Below are positions 22,488 to 31,634 of a stretch of DNA of 64,000 bases, piece by piece; the stretch's first letter is position 1, and each line of letters starts with the position of its first letter. This DNA comes from Dehalococcoidia bacterium. Lineage in GTDB: Bacteria > Chloroflexota > Dehalococcoidia > Bin125. Where the stretch lies: NCBI GenBank assembly GCA_965247775.1, contig OZ252031.1:148294-212293 (forward strand). Reading direction: 5' to 3'. The notes below the pieces were generated by a model that was not told where the DNA came from, searched no databases, and worked only from the letters and a program-made list of their open reading frames with translations. A program made the position numbers and the translations under genes.

Positions 22488-25412
22488 ATGGTCAGTGGCG
22501 AGGACGCGATCCGTCCGTCGCAGGTGCGCGAGATCGAGACGGAGATGCGGACCTCGTATCTGGACTACGCGATGAGCGTGATCGTCTCGCGGGCGCTGCC
22601 GGACGTGCGGGACGGGCTGAAGCCGGTGCAGCGGCGCATCCTGTTCGCGATGGACGACTTGGGGCTGCGGCCGACGACGCCGTTCAAGAAGAGCGCGCGG
22701 ATTGTGGGGGAGGTGCTGGGCAAGTATCACCCGCACTCGGACAGCCCGGTGTACGAGGCGATGGTGCGGATGGCGCAGAGCTTCACGCTGCGCTACCCGC
22801 TGGTGACGGGGCAGGGGAACTTCGGGTCGATCGACGCCGACCCGCCGGCCGCGATGCGCTACACGGAGGCGCGGCTGTCGGCCCTGGCGGACGAGATGCT
22901 GACGGACATCGACAAGCAGACGGTGGATTTCAGCCCGAATTTCGACGACTCGCTGAACGAGCCGACGGTCCTGCCGGGGCGGCTGCCGAACCTGCTGATC
23001 AACGGCGCGGCCGGGATCGCGGTGGGGATGGCGACGAACATTCCGCCGCATCATCTGGGCGAGATCGCGGCGGCGACGAAGCTGCTGCTGGCCAACCCCG
23101 AGGCGGACGTGGAGGAGTTGCTGGCGCTGGTGTCGGGCCCGGACTTCCCATCGGGCGGGATCGTCTTCGCGGGCGAGGGCTCCGCGGCCGTGCGGCAGAT
23201 CTACGCGACGGGGCACGGGCGGGTGACGATGCGGGCGGTGCATCACGTGGAGGACACGGCGCGGGGCGGGCGCATGCAGATCGTGTTCACGGAGCTGCCG
23301 TACCAGGTCAACAAGGCCGGCCTGGTGGAGCAGATCGCGGATCTGGTGCGGGACAAGCGGATCGACGGGATTCAGGATCTGCGCGACGAGTCCGACCGCG
23401 AGGGGTTGCGGGTGGTGGTGGAGCTGAAGCGGGACGGGAACCTGCAGATGACGCTGGCGCGGCTGCACAAGCTGACCCCGCTGCAGGCGACGTACGCGGC
23501 GAACATGGTGGCGCTGGTGGGAGGGCGGCCGCGGACGATCGGGCTGAAGACGGCGCTGGAGGCGTTCATTGCGCACCGGCGGGAGATCGTCCGGCGGCGG
23601 TCGGAGTTCGACCTGGCGAAGGCGCGGGACCGGCACCACGTGGTGGAGGGGCTGCTGGTGGCGATCGGCCAGATCGACGCGATCATCGCGGCGATCCGGG
23701 CGGCAGCGTCGGCGGACGCGGCCAAGGGGGCGCTGCAGGAGGCGCCGTTCGGGCTCTCGGAGCGGCAGGCGCAAGCGGTGCTCGACATGCAGCTGCGGCG
23801 GCTGGCGGCGCTGGAACGCACGAAGCTGGAGGAGGAGTACCGCGAGCTGACGGAGACGATCGCGTACCTGGAGGGGCTGCTGGCGGACCCGAAGCAGATC
23901 GATGGGGTGATCGCGGACGACACCGACGAGGTGACGGAGCTGTACGCGGGCGAGCGGCAGTCGCAGATCGTGGCGAAGGACGCGGAGAACTTCAGCGAGG
24001 AAGAGCTGGTGGCGCACGAGGCGGTGGTGATCTCGCAGTCGCGCGCGGGCTACATCAAGCGGATGCCGCTGGCCACGTATCGGACGCAGCATCGGGGGGG
24101 CAAGGGCATCAAGGCGATGCAGACGCGCAGCGAGGACGCGGTGCGGGACCTGGTGGTGGCGGACACGCACGACCCATTGCTGTTTTTCACGGACCGCGGG
24201 CGGGTGTTCAGCCTGAAGGCGCACGAGATCGAGGCGCGGACACGGGAGTGGCGGGGGCTGCCGATCCGCAACCTGGTGCAGCTGGAGGGGGAGGAGAACG
24301 TCACGGCGATCGTGGTGGCGAAGGATCTGAGCAAGGACTACCTGCTGCTGGCGACGCGCGGGGGGCAGATCAAGAAGACATCGCTGGCGGAGTTCGCGAG
24401 CGTGCGCCGGGCGGGGTTGATCGCATTCAACCTGCAGGCCGAGGACGAACTGGCGCTGGCGACGACGGCGCGGGCGGGGGACGACGTGCTGGTGACGTCG
24501 GATGCGGGGCTGGCGGTGCGGTTTCCCGTGGACACGTTGCGGGAGGCGTCGCGCAGCAGCGGCGGTGTGCGGGCGATCCAGATCGCGGCGGCGGGGCGTC
24601 TGGTGGGCCTGGTGGCGATCAAAGCGGGGCAGGAGTTGCTGACGATCTCGGCCAACGGCTTTGGCAAACGGACGCCGGAGCAGCAGTTCCCGCGCAAAGG
24701 CCGGGGGGGCAAGGGCATGATCGCGCACAAGGTGAGCGGCCGGACGGGGCGGTTAGTGTCGTTGCGTCAGGTGAGCGGTGAGGAGGAGATCGTGCTGATC
24801 TCCGCGGAGGGGAAGTTCATCCGAACGGCGGTGTCCTCGATTGCGCAGCTGGGGCGGTCGACGCAGGGTGTGACGGTGATGAAGACGGACGGGTTGGACG
24901 TGGCGGCGGTGGCCGTGGTGGACACGAGCGGCGAGGTGGAGGCGAGCGAGGCCGGGCCGGGCGGGGGCAGGGCCCCTGGTGGCGGAGGCGGGAAGTCGAA
25001 CGGCGGCATGGCGGCGCCGCGCCAGGCGCGGGCGAGCACGCGCGTGCCGCGGGCTGTGGCCAGGAGCACGGGCGCGCCCGGGAAGGGCGACGGCACGAGG
25101 GGCGCCAAGACGGCCGGCAAGGGCGCCGGCACGAAGGGCGCCAGCAGGCGCGGGGCGAAGGCTGTCGCTACGAAGACGGGCGCTACGAAGACGGGCGCTG
25201 CGAAGACGGGGGCGGCCAAGCGGACGGCCGGGAAGAAGGCGGGCGCGAAGAAGGGCGCGAAGCTCGCGGGGGGCCGGACGGCGACGCGCAGGCAAGGGCC
25301 CGCGAAGCCGGCAGCGAAGAAGAGCAGCGCCAAGAAAGCGGCGAAGAAGGCTCCGGCAGGCAAAGCCGCGCCGAGCAAGAGCCGCACGAAGCGCGGAGGC
25401 CGGCGGCGCTAG
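22488..25412 (+). CDS. gyrA: DNA gyrase subunit A with long Lys/Ala-rich C-terminal tail
   Basis: [16 protein letters not shown] (catalytic Tyr), GyrA-box QHRGGKG and beta-pinwheel repeats. Confidence 0.98.
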   Translation: MVSGEDAIRPSQVREIETEMRTSYLDYAMSVIVSRALPDVRDGLKPVQRRILFAMDDLGLRPTTPFKKSARIVGEVLGKYHPHSDSPVYEAMVRMAQSFTLRYPLVTGQGNFGSIDADPPAAMRYTEARLSALADEMLTDIDKQTVDFSPNFDDSLNEPTVLPGRLPNLLINGAAGIAVGMATNIPPHHLGEIAAATKLLLANPEADVEELLALVSGPDFPSGGIVFAGEGSAAVRQIYATGHGRVTMRAVHHVEDTARGGRMQIVFTELPYQVNKAGLVEQIADLVRDKRIDGIQDLRDESDREGLRVVVELKRDGNLQMTLARLHKLTPLQATYAANMVALVGGRPRTIGLKTALEAFIAHRREIVRRRSEFDLAKARDRHHVVEGLLVAIGQIDAIIAAIRAAASADAAKGALQEAPFGLSERQAQAVLDMQLRRLAALERTKLEEEYRELTETIAYLEGLLADPKQIDGVIADDTDEVTELYAGERQSQIVAKDAENFSEEELVAHEAVVISQSRAGYIKRMPLATYRTQHRGGKGIKAMQTRSEDAVRDLVVADTHDPLLFFTDRGRVFSLKAHEIEARTREWRGLPIRNLVQLEGEENVTAIVVAKDLSKDYLLLATRGGQIKKTSLAEFASVRRAGLIAFNLQAEDELALATTARAGDDVLVTSDAGLAVRFPVDTLREASRSSGGVRAIQIAAAGRLVGLVAIKAGQELLTISANGFGKRTPEQQFPRKGRGGKGMIAHKVSGRTGRLVSLRQVSGEEEIVLISAEGKFIRTAVSSIAQLGRSTQGVTVMKTDGLDVAAVAVVDTSGEVEASEAGPGGGRAPGGGGGKSNGGMAAPRQARASTRVPRAVARSTGAPGKGDGTRGAKTAGKGAGTKGASRRGAKAVATKTGATKTGAAKTGAAKRTAGKKAGAKKGAKLAGGRTATRRQGPAKPAAKKSSAKKAAKKAPAGKAAPSKSRTKRGGRRR
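25167..25211 (+). repeat. 15-bp tandem repeat x3 in the gyrA tail ([15 protein letters not shown])
   Basis: gctacgaagacgggc x2 followed by gctgcgaagacgggg. Confidence 0.85.
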
Positions 25413-25461
25413 GGTGCGCGCTTCAGTCCTGGGGGTCCCGCCGGGACCCGTCGCCGGATAC

Positions 25462-25623
25462 TCAACAGCCCGGCTGGCCGGGATGGCCGCAGCAGCCGGA
25501 GTGGGTGTGGAGCTTGGTCCAGGTGTTGCCCAGGGCGAGGCGCAGCTTGTGCAGGAAGGGTGCCTCATAGCCGCGCCAGTTGGCGATGAGCGCGCGCAGG
25601 GTGGCGCGTGGGCGTTGGGCCAC
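25462..25623 (-). CDS. Small Cys-rich protein (53 aa, ends CCGHPGQPGC); possible Sec readthrough to 25423
   Basis: Hand-translated as MAQRPRATLRALIANWRGYEAPFLHKLRLALGNTWTKLHTHSGCCGHPGQPGC-UGA. GTG start 2 nt after the upstream gene stop. Not in the ORF track. Confidence 0.75.
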   Translation of the reverse strand: MAQRPRATLRALIANWRGYEAPFLHKLRLALGNTWTKLHTHSGCCGHPGQPGC

Positions 25624-25625
25624 GG

Positions 25626-26675
25626 CTAATAGCCGCGCTCGGCGTCGACGAGGTTGTGGAGGGGCCGGCCGTCGAGGTAGCGGCGCAGGTTGTCGATGAA
25701 GATCACCGTGGCGCCAGCGACGTAGTCGGGCAGGTTGCCGGCCACGTGCGGGGTAATGAAGAGGTTGGGCTGGGCCCAGGCGGGGTCATCGGCGGGGAGG
25801 GGCTCCGGCACGGTGACGTCAGTGTAGCAAGCGGCGATCGTCGCGGCGCTGAGGGCCTGGAAGAGCGCGGGCCACTGCACGAGTTCGCCGCGGGCGACGT
25901 TGATGAGCACGGCTGTGGGCCTCATGGCGGCGAATTCGGCGGCGCCGATGAGCCCTTGGGTCTGCGATGTGAGAGGGGCGGCGAGGACGACGTAGTCGGC
26001 GGCGGCGAGGAGGTCGGGCAGACGATGGAGGGGGTAGAGGCGGTCGCAGTGAGGGGCGGTCTCCCCCTCGTGGGCGGAGCGCTTGGTGGCGAGGACGTGC
26101 ATGCCCAGGGCGGCGCAGAGGCGCGCGGTCTCGCGGCCGATGGCGCCGAGGCCGACAAGGCCGACCGTCTGGCCTCGCAGGACGTCGGGCCGCCAGCCCT
26201 TCCAGCGTGCCGCTCCCTGCTGTTCGAGCGCGCGCGGGAGTCGCTTGACGTGGGCCAGCATGTAGGCGAGGACCCACTCGGCGATGGTGACGCTGTGCAA
26301 TCCGGCGGCCGTTGTGATGGCGACGCCAGAGGGCACGCCGTTTGGGAGCACGCGCTCGACGCCGGCGCTCCAGAACTGGGCCCAGCGCAGCGGGCCGTTG
26401 GCGGGCAGCTGCAGGGCGCGAAAGGCGGGGCTGAACCAGATCTCCGCGTGGGCGACGGCGGCCTGGAAGTCCCGGCGGGCGGCGGCCGCTTGGGGGGTGT
26501 CCTGGGCGGGGTCGTCGTGCCAGGAGGAGCGCTGGCGCAGCCAGGTGAAGGTGGCGTGATCGACGGTGTGGAGGCGCAGGCGGGGGTCGACGGTGCGGAT
26601 GCGATCGGCGAGGGCGTCGTCGAGGTGCATGAGGGCGGCGATGTGCAGGGGTTCCGAGTGGGGCCACGCGGGCAT
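25626..26675 (-). CDS. D-2-hydroxyacid dehydrogenase
   Basis: GLGAIG Rossmann motif, INVARG, DV..PEPL and ITPHVAG. Confidence 0.93.
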   Translation of the reverse strand: MPAWPHSEPLHIAALMHLDDALADRIRTVDPRLRLHTVDHATFTWLRQRSSWHDDPAQDTPQAAAARRDFQAAVAHAEIWFSPAFRALQLPANGPLRWAQFWSAGVERVLPNGVPSGVAITTAAGLHSVTIAEWVLAYMLAHVKRLPRALEQQGAARWKGWRPDVLRGQTVGLVGLGAIGRETARLCAALGMHVLATKRSAHEGETAPHCDRLYPLHRLPDLLAAADYVVLAAPLTSQTQGLIGAAEFAAMRPTAVLINVARGELVQWPALFQALSAATIAACYTDVTVPEPLPADDPAWAQPNLFITPHVAGNLPDYVAGATVIFIDNLRRYLDGRPLHNLVDAERGY

Positions 26676-26732
26676 GAGGGGGATGATAGCCGGGGCGTGC
26701 CCCGGGGGGCAGGCGGCTCATATACTCGGGCC

Positions 26733-27245
26733 ATGCCGGACAGAACCGAATCCGCGCCCGCCGAATGGCGGATGGAGAGTCACAGCGCCGAGGAGACCCG
26801 GGCCCTGGCGGCGGTGCTGGGCGGCCTGGCGGAGGCGGGGACGGTGCTGCTGCTGAGTGGTGATCTGGGGGCGGGGAAGACGGTCGTGGCGCAGGGTGTG
26901 GGGCGCGGGCTGGGGGTGCCGGGCGTGGTCAACAGCCCCACTTTCGTGCTGGTGAACGAACATCTGGGAGGGCGCTTGCCACTGCTGCACGCCGATCTCT
27001 ACCGGCTGAGCGATGCGGGGGAGATCGCCGAGCTGGCGCTGGAGGAGGTGGGGCAGGAGGGGGTGCTGGTGGTGGAGTGGCCGGAACGGAGCGCGGATGT
27101 GATTGCGCCCGAGGCACTGCATCTGCGGCTGGGCCCCGGCCGGGGCGAGGAAGACCGCAGATTGCGCTGGAGGGCACAGGGGCCGCGGGCCCGGGCGCTG
27201 CTGGCGGCGCTGCGGGCCGCCGCACCCGTGCCCGCCTCCGTTTGA
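26733..27245 (+). CDS. tsaE: tRNA t6A biosynthesis ATPase TsaE
   Basis: GDLGAGKT, VNSPTF, HADLYRL and VEWPE motifs. Confidence 0.96.
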   Translation: MPDRTESAPAEWRMESHSAEETRALAAVLGGLAEAGTVLLLSGDLGAGKTVVAQGVGRGLGVPGVVNSPTFVLVNEHLGGRLPLLHADLYRLSDAGEIAELALEEVGQEGVLVVEWPERSADVIAPEALHLRLGPGRGEEDRRLRWRAQGPRARALLAALRAAAPVPASV

Positions 27246-27246
27246 G

Positions 27247-27996
27247 GTGGAACTTTCGCTGGACACGGTCGGGCCGCAGTCGAGCGTGGCGGTGAGTGAG
27301 GCGGGACGACCGATCGTGGAGATCACGTGGATGACGGGTCGACGGCACACGCCGAGCTTGGTGCCGACGATCGACGAGGCGGTGCGGCGGGCGGGGATCG
27401 AACGGGGGGACCTGCGGGCGGTCTTCGTGGATACGGGGCCGGGGGCGTATGGGGGGATCCGGGCGGGGATGGCGGCGGCGGCGGGCGTGGCGCTGGCGCT
27501 GGGGTTGCCGGCGCTGGGGGTGGGGCGCCTGGAGATCGAGGCCTACGCGCAGGCCGCGGCGGGGCGGGTGGCGGCGCTGCACAGCGCGGGGCGGGAGGAG
27601 TGGGCGCTGGCGCGGTATGCGGGCCCGGCGGCGGAGTGGCGAGAGACGGCGGGGCCGCGATTATGTGCGCTGGAGGAGGCGTTGGCGGCGCTGCGAGCGG
27701 AGCCGGGGGAGGTGGTCTGCGGGGACCTGGCGGCGCTGCCGTCGGAGGCGATGCCGGATCTGCAAGCGGCGGGCTGGACCCCGGCCGCCGCCGCCGCCAG
27801 CATGCGGCGGGCGGGCCTGCTGGCCGAACTGGGCTGGCGAGCGCTGCTGCGCGCTCGTGAGGCGGGCGAGGAGCCGCAGCCGGCGGGGCTGGAGCCGATC
27901 TACCTGCGGGCGCCCGCGATCGGCCCGCCGGCGCCGGCGGCGGGGCCGGTCCCGGCCGGGGGCGAGACGGTTGAGAGCGAAGGAGCGAGGCGATGA
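27247..27996 (+). CDS. tsaB: tRNA t6A biosynthesis protein TsaB
   Basis: LSLDT, H...LVP.I, GPGAYGGIR and EPIYLR motifs. Confidence 0.92.
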   Translation: MELSLDTVGPQSSVAVSEAGRPIVEITWMTGRRHTPSLVPTIDEAVRRAGIERGDLRAVFVDTGPGAYGGIRAGMAAAAGVALALGLPALGVGRLEIEAYAQAAAGRVAALHSAGREEWALARYAGPAAEWRETAGPRLCALEEALAALRAEPGEVVCGDLAALPSEAMPDLQAAGWTPAAAAASMRRAGLLAELGWRALLRAREAGEEPQPAGLEPIYLRAPAIGPPAPAAGPVPAGGETVESEGARR

Positions 27997-28448
27997 GCAA
28001 CGAGCGGACGTTGGTGCTGGTGAAACCGGACGGCGTGCAGCGCGGGCTCGTGGGGGAGGTGCTGGGACGGCTGGAGCGGCGGGGGCTGCAGTTGGTGGCC
28101 TGCAAGCTGATGCAGATGGACGAGGCGCTGGCGGGGCGGCACTACGAGGCGCACGTCGAGAAGCCGTTCTTCCCCGGGCTGCGCGACTTCATGACGAGCA
28201 GCCCCCTGCTGGCGGCCGTCTTCGAGGGGCCGAATGCGGTGGCGGCGGCGCGCGCCGCGATGGGGGCGACGAACCCGGTGGAGTCGGGGGCGGGGACGAT
28301 CCGGGGGGACCTGGGGCTGGACATTGGGCGGAATGTGGTGCACGGATCGGACTCGGCGGAAGCGGGGGAGCGGGAGGTGGCGCTCTTCTTCCGGCCCGAG
28401 GAGATCCTGAGCTGGGCGCGGGATCTGGACCGTTGGATCCTGGAGTAG
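27993..28448 (+). CDS. ndk: Nucleoside-diphosphate kinase
   Basis: ERTLVLVKPDGVQR, GTIRGD and NVVHGSDS motifs. Confidence 0.98.
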   Translation: MSNERTLVLVKPDGVQRGLVGEVLGRLERRGLQLVACKLMQMDEALAGRHYEAHVEKPFFPGLRDFMTSSPLLAAVFEGPNAVAAARAAMGATNPVESGAGTIRGDLGLDIGRNVVHGSDSAEAGEREVALFFRPEEILSWARDLDRWILE

Positions 28449-28564
28449 CGCGGGGCTGGCGGGGCGGCCGTGCTCGCCACCCGGTCGGGGCGGCGTAGAA
28501 TGGAAACGAGGCAGCGGGGCGCCTCGCTTGGCGCGGACGCCCGGGGCCGGAGCGGGGCGAGCGG

Positions 28565-28900
28565 CTACTCGATGCGGAGAAGCTGGCGGCCCTTGGCCCA
28601 GAGAGCCTCGAGATCGTAGAAGGCGCGCTCCTCGCGGCCGAAGAGATGGACGACCAGATCGCCGTAGTCGAAGAGCATCCAGCCGGCATCGGGGCCGCCC
28701 TCGCGGCCGGGGGGGTGGCCGGCGGCGTTCTCGACGGCCTGGGCGAGGGCCTGGAACTGGCGCGACGAGGTAGCGGTGGCGATGACGAAGTAGTCGGTGA
28801 AGCCGGCGAGCGCGGCGATATCGAGCAGGACGATTTCTTCGGCCTGGCGCTCGGCCAATTCGCCGGCGATGCGGCGTGCGAGGGTCGCGGCTTCTTCCAG
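28565..28900 (-). CDS. rsfS: Ribosome silencing factor RsfS (probable CTG start)
   Basis: [19 protein letters not shown] and R.FYDLE.LW motifs. AAGGAG RBS 6 nt before an in-frame CTG at 28900. Confidence 0.92.
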   Translation of the reverse strand: MEEAATLARRIAGELAERQAEEIVLLDIAALAGFTDYFVIATATSSRQFQALAQAVENAAGHPPGREGGPDAGWMLFDYGDLVVHLFGREERAFYDLEALWAKGRQLLRIE

Positions 28901-28977
28901 TCGGAACTCCTTGGCTTCCTCCCGTTGGGCCGGGACGGGCGGCAGTATATCAGCGGGGTAGGAAGCGGGTGGGGGCG

Positions 28978-30138
28978 ATGAGCCGGGTGGTGGTGGCGAT
29001 GAGCGGCGGGGTGGACTCCTCGGTGGCGGCGGCGTTGCTGCGGGAGGCGGGGCACGAGGTGATCGGGATCACGATGCGGCTGTGGAGCGAGGCCCGGCCG
29101 GAGGCGTACCGGGGGCGCACGCAGTGTTGCGCGGTGGAAGACGTGCAGGATGCGCGGCGGGTGGCGCAGCGGCTGGAGATCCCGCACTACACGCTGAACC
29201 TGGAGCGTCCCTTCCGGCGCTTCGTGGTGGAGCCGTTCGTGGCGGAGTACGCGCGGGGGAGGACCCCGAACCCCTGCCTGAACTGCAACACGTACATCAA
29301 GTTCGACGCGTTTCTGCAGCGGGCGCGGGCGCTGGAGGCGGACTCTATCGCGACAGGGCACTACGCGCGGCGAGTGGAGGTGGGGGGCGAGGTGCAGCTG
29401 CACCGGGCGCGGGATGCGGCGAAGGACCAGTCGTACGTGCTGTACACGCTGAGCCCGGAGGCGCTGCGGCTGAGTCTGTTCCCGCTGGGGGGGCTGGCGA
29501 AGTCGGAGGTGCGGGCGATCGCGGCGCGGCAGGGGCTGGCGGTGGCGGAGAAGCCGGACAGCGCCGACATCTGCTTCGTGCCGGGGGGCGATTACCGGGC
29601 CTTCGTGCGGGAACGGGTCGCGGACCGTCGGGGTCCGTTCCTGGACGCGGCGGGCCGTGTGCTGGGGGAGCATGCGGGGGTGCAGCACTTCACGGTGGGC
29701 CAGCGGCGCGGGCTGGGGCTGGCGTTGGGGGAGCCGGCCTACGTGACAGGCATCGACGCGGAGCGCAACGCGGTGCGACTGGGCCGGCTGGAGGACTTGG
29801 CCGTTGTGGGGCTGGAGCTGGAGGGGATGCGCTGGCTGACGGCGTCGCCGGGGCCGGGCGAGGCGATCAGTGTGCAGGTGCGGGCGCACGGGGCGGCGCT
29901 GCCAGCGCGATTCGAGCCGCGGGCGGAGGGCCGGGCCTGGGTGCGCCTGGCGACCTCGCCGCCGGGCGTGGCCCCGGGTCAAGCGGCGGTGCTCTACGAC
30001 GGCGAGCGGGTGCTGGGCGGCGGGACGATCGGATCCACCGTGGGGCCGGCGGGGGAGGGGTGGGCGGCTGGCGCCGCACCTCCTCGCGCCCATATACTCG
30101 CCGCCGCGACGCGCCAGCGACGGGACGGCGATGGCTGA
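28978..30138 (+). CDS. mnmA: tRNA 2-thiouridine(34) synthase MnmA
   Basis: [27 protein letters not shown] and GQRRG motifs. Confidence 0.97.
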   Translation: MSRVVVAMSGGVDSSVAAALLREAGHEVIGITMRLWSEARPEAYRGRTQCCAVEDVQDARRVAQRLEIPHYTLNLERPFRRFVVEPFVAEYARGRTPNPCLNCNTYIKFDAFLQRARALEADSIATGHYARRVEVGGEVQLHRARDAAKDQSYVLYTLSPEALRLSLFPLGGLAKSEVRAIAARQGLAVAEKPDSADICFVPGGDYRAFVRERVADRRGPFLDAAGRVLGEHAGVQHFTVGQRRGLGLALGEPAYVTGIDAERNAVRLGRLEDLAVVGLELEGMRWLTASPGPGEAISVQVRAHGAALPARFEPRAEGRAWVRLATSPPGVAPGQAAVLYDGERVLGGGTIGSTVGPAGEGWAAGAAPPRAHILAAATRQRRDGDG

Positions 30139-30466
30139 ACTCTCGACGATCAGCGACATCCGCGACATCGTGATCATCGTCGTGGGGATCCTGGGCGTCC
30201 TGGCGCTGCTGGTGCTGACGGTCTTTGGGGTGCTGATCGGGCTGGCAGTGCTGGGGCTGATCCGCGCCGGCCGGGGCACGATCCGCGAGGGCATCGCGCC
30301 GATCCTGGAGAACGCGCGCGACACGTCGCGGGAGGTGCGAGGGTCGACGGGATTCGTGGCGGACTCGGTGGTGCGGCCGATCATCCGGGTGTACGGGGCG
30401 GTGGCGGGCGTGCGGAAGGCCCTGGGGGTGCTGGGCAGCGCCCGTGGGGGCAAGGGGAAGTCCTGA
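30131..30466 (+). CDS. Hypothetical membrane protein (DUF948-like)
   Basis: Long N-terminal hydrophobic helix followed by an amphipathic segment. Overlaps the mnmA end. Confidence 0.7.
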   Translation: MAELSTISDIRDIVIIVVGILGVLALLVLTVFGVLIGLAVLGLIRAGRGTIREGIAPILENARDTSREVRGSTGFVADSVVRPIIRVYGAVAGVRKALGVLGSARGGKGKS

Positions 30467-30469
30467 TCG

Positions 30470-30688
30470 ATGGGATTCCGCCGAGGGCTCTTGCTGGGGA
30501 CGTTGCTGGGCTTGGCGGGCGGGCTGATCAGCGGGCCGCCGTCGGAGCAGCGCGGCGCGGGGCCGCCGTCGCTGCTGGACCAGATGCGGGCGGCGGCGCG
30601 TGATGAGCGTGAGTCTACGGAGACGCGTCTGGAGGAGCGGTTCCGCGTGGCGAGGGAGACGGGGATCCTGCCCAGCGACGAGGGCTGA
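30470..30688 (+). CDS. Small hypothetical protein (YtxH-like)
   Basis: GLLLGTLLGLAGGLI N-terminal helix with a charged tail. Confidence 0.65.
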   Translation: MGFRRGLLLGTLLGLAGGLISGPPSEQRGAGPPSLLDQMRAAARDERESTETRLEERFRVARETGILPSDEG

Positions 30689-30772
30689 GGCGGGAGGCGG
30701 GGACGGGAATCCTGTGTGGGGTGGGGGAATCGTCGAGGGGGCCGTCGGGGACGCCTTGCTACCATGAACGGT

Positions 30773-30863
30773 GGAGAGGTGTCCGAGCGGTTTAAGGTGC
30801 CGATCTCGAAAATCGGTAGGTCTCAAAAGGGCCTCGTGGGTTCGAATCCCACCCTCTCCGCCA
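30773..30863 (+). tRNA. tRNA-Ser (CGA)
   Basis: GGAGAGG/CCTCTCC acceptor stem, CCGAT-CT-CGA-AA-ATCGG anticodon arm, long variable arm, GGTTCGAATCC, encoded CCA. Confidence 0.97.
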
Positions 30864-31173
30864 TCGGCGCCGTCGTCGTTTCCGTCGTGTGGCGCGCCAC
30901 CCGGCCTCGGGGGTCGGATTCTGCGCTGGGTGGGGGGGAATGTCGCTCCGAGGCGGGCCCTGTGGTGCGGAGGTAGCGGCCGAGCGGCGGGGGCTTGCTA
31001 GCGCGGGTTCTGACTGGTTCTGTGAAGCCGAAGCGAAGGCGACGGCGGGCTTGTCCCCCGTGCTCCACGACGACCCGGATGGGCTGGCCCGGCAGCGGGC
31101 GGGCGGTGAAGGGGACGAAGCGGTAGGCGTCGGCGTTGCCGGCGGCGGTGCTCGGGGCGGCGATGCGGGTCAT
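30823..31173 (-). CDS. Possible small hypothetical protein between the tRNA-Ser genes
   Basis: Strong AGGAGG RBS before the ATG at 31173 (MTRIAAPST...). The 3' end runs antisense into the tRNA, so the true end is uncertain. Confidence 0.35.
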   Translation of the reverse strand: MTRIAAPSTAAGNADAYRFVPFTARPLPGQPIRVVVEHGGQARRRLRFGFTEPVRTRASKPPPLGRYLRTTGPASERHSPPPSAESDPRGRVARHTTETTTAPMAERVGFEPTRPF

Positions 31174-31396
31174 GGTTGGTCCTCCTGTCGATGGGGGCAT
31201 CGTGGATCGCGGGGGAACGGGCGGTCCGTGAGAAATGCCGCGCTCGGCGGCGATCGACGAGTGCGGAGTCGCGCGCCGCGAGGAAGGCCTCATACAGACG
31301 ACGTGGCGACGCCGGCGGCGTGGCGGGCCGGGGTGGCGGGCCGGGGCGGGAGGCGTCACGATGATCGACAGCGGCAAGGCGGGGGCGGGCGAGCAG

Positions 31397-31486
31397 GGAG
31401 AGGTGACCGAGCGGCTTAAGGTGCACGCCTGGAAAGCGTGTGGGGGCGCAAGCCCCTCGTGGGTTCGAATCCCACCCTCTCCGCCA
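31397..31486 (+). tRNA. tRNA-Ser (GGA)
   Basis: GGAGAGG acceptor stem, CACGC-CT-GGA-AA-GCGTG anticodon arm, long variable arm, T-loop, CCA. Confidence 0.97.
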
Positions 31487-31634
31487 CAGCCCTGCTCCCG
31501 TCCGTACCGCATCCGCGGCACGCGGGGTAGCGTGTGAAGCGCGGCCGGCCCCAAGGCGGGAGCCTATCTGGCCGCCGCCGCGACGGGAACCATATTCGCG
31601 CAGGCAGCGTCTGAGGGGCATGCGAGGTGCTGCG

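Noticed and set aside
30832-31486. Identical 32-nt 3' ends of the two tRNA-Ser genes as attL/attR
   Set aside because: Both copies belong to complete tRNAs with different anticodons, and there is no integrase between them.
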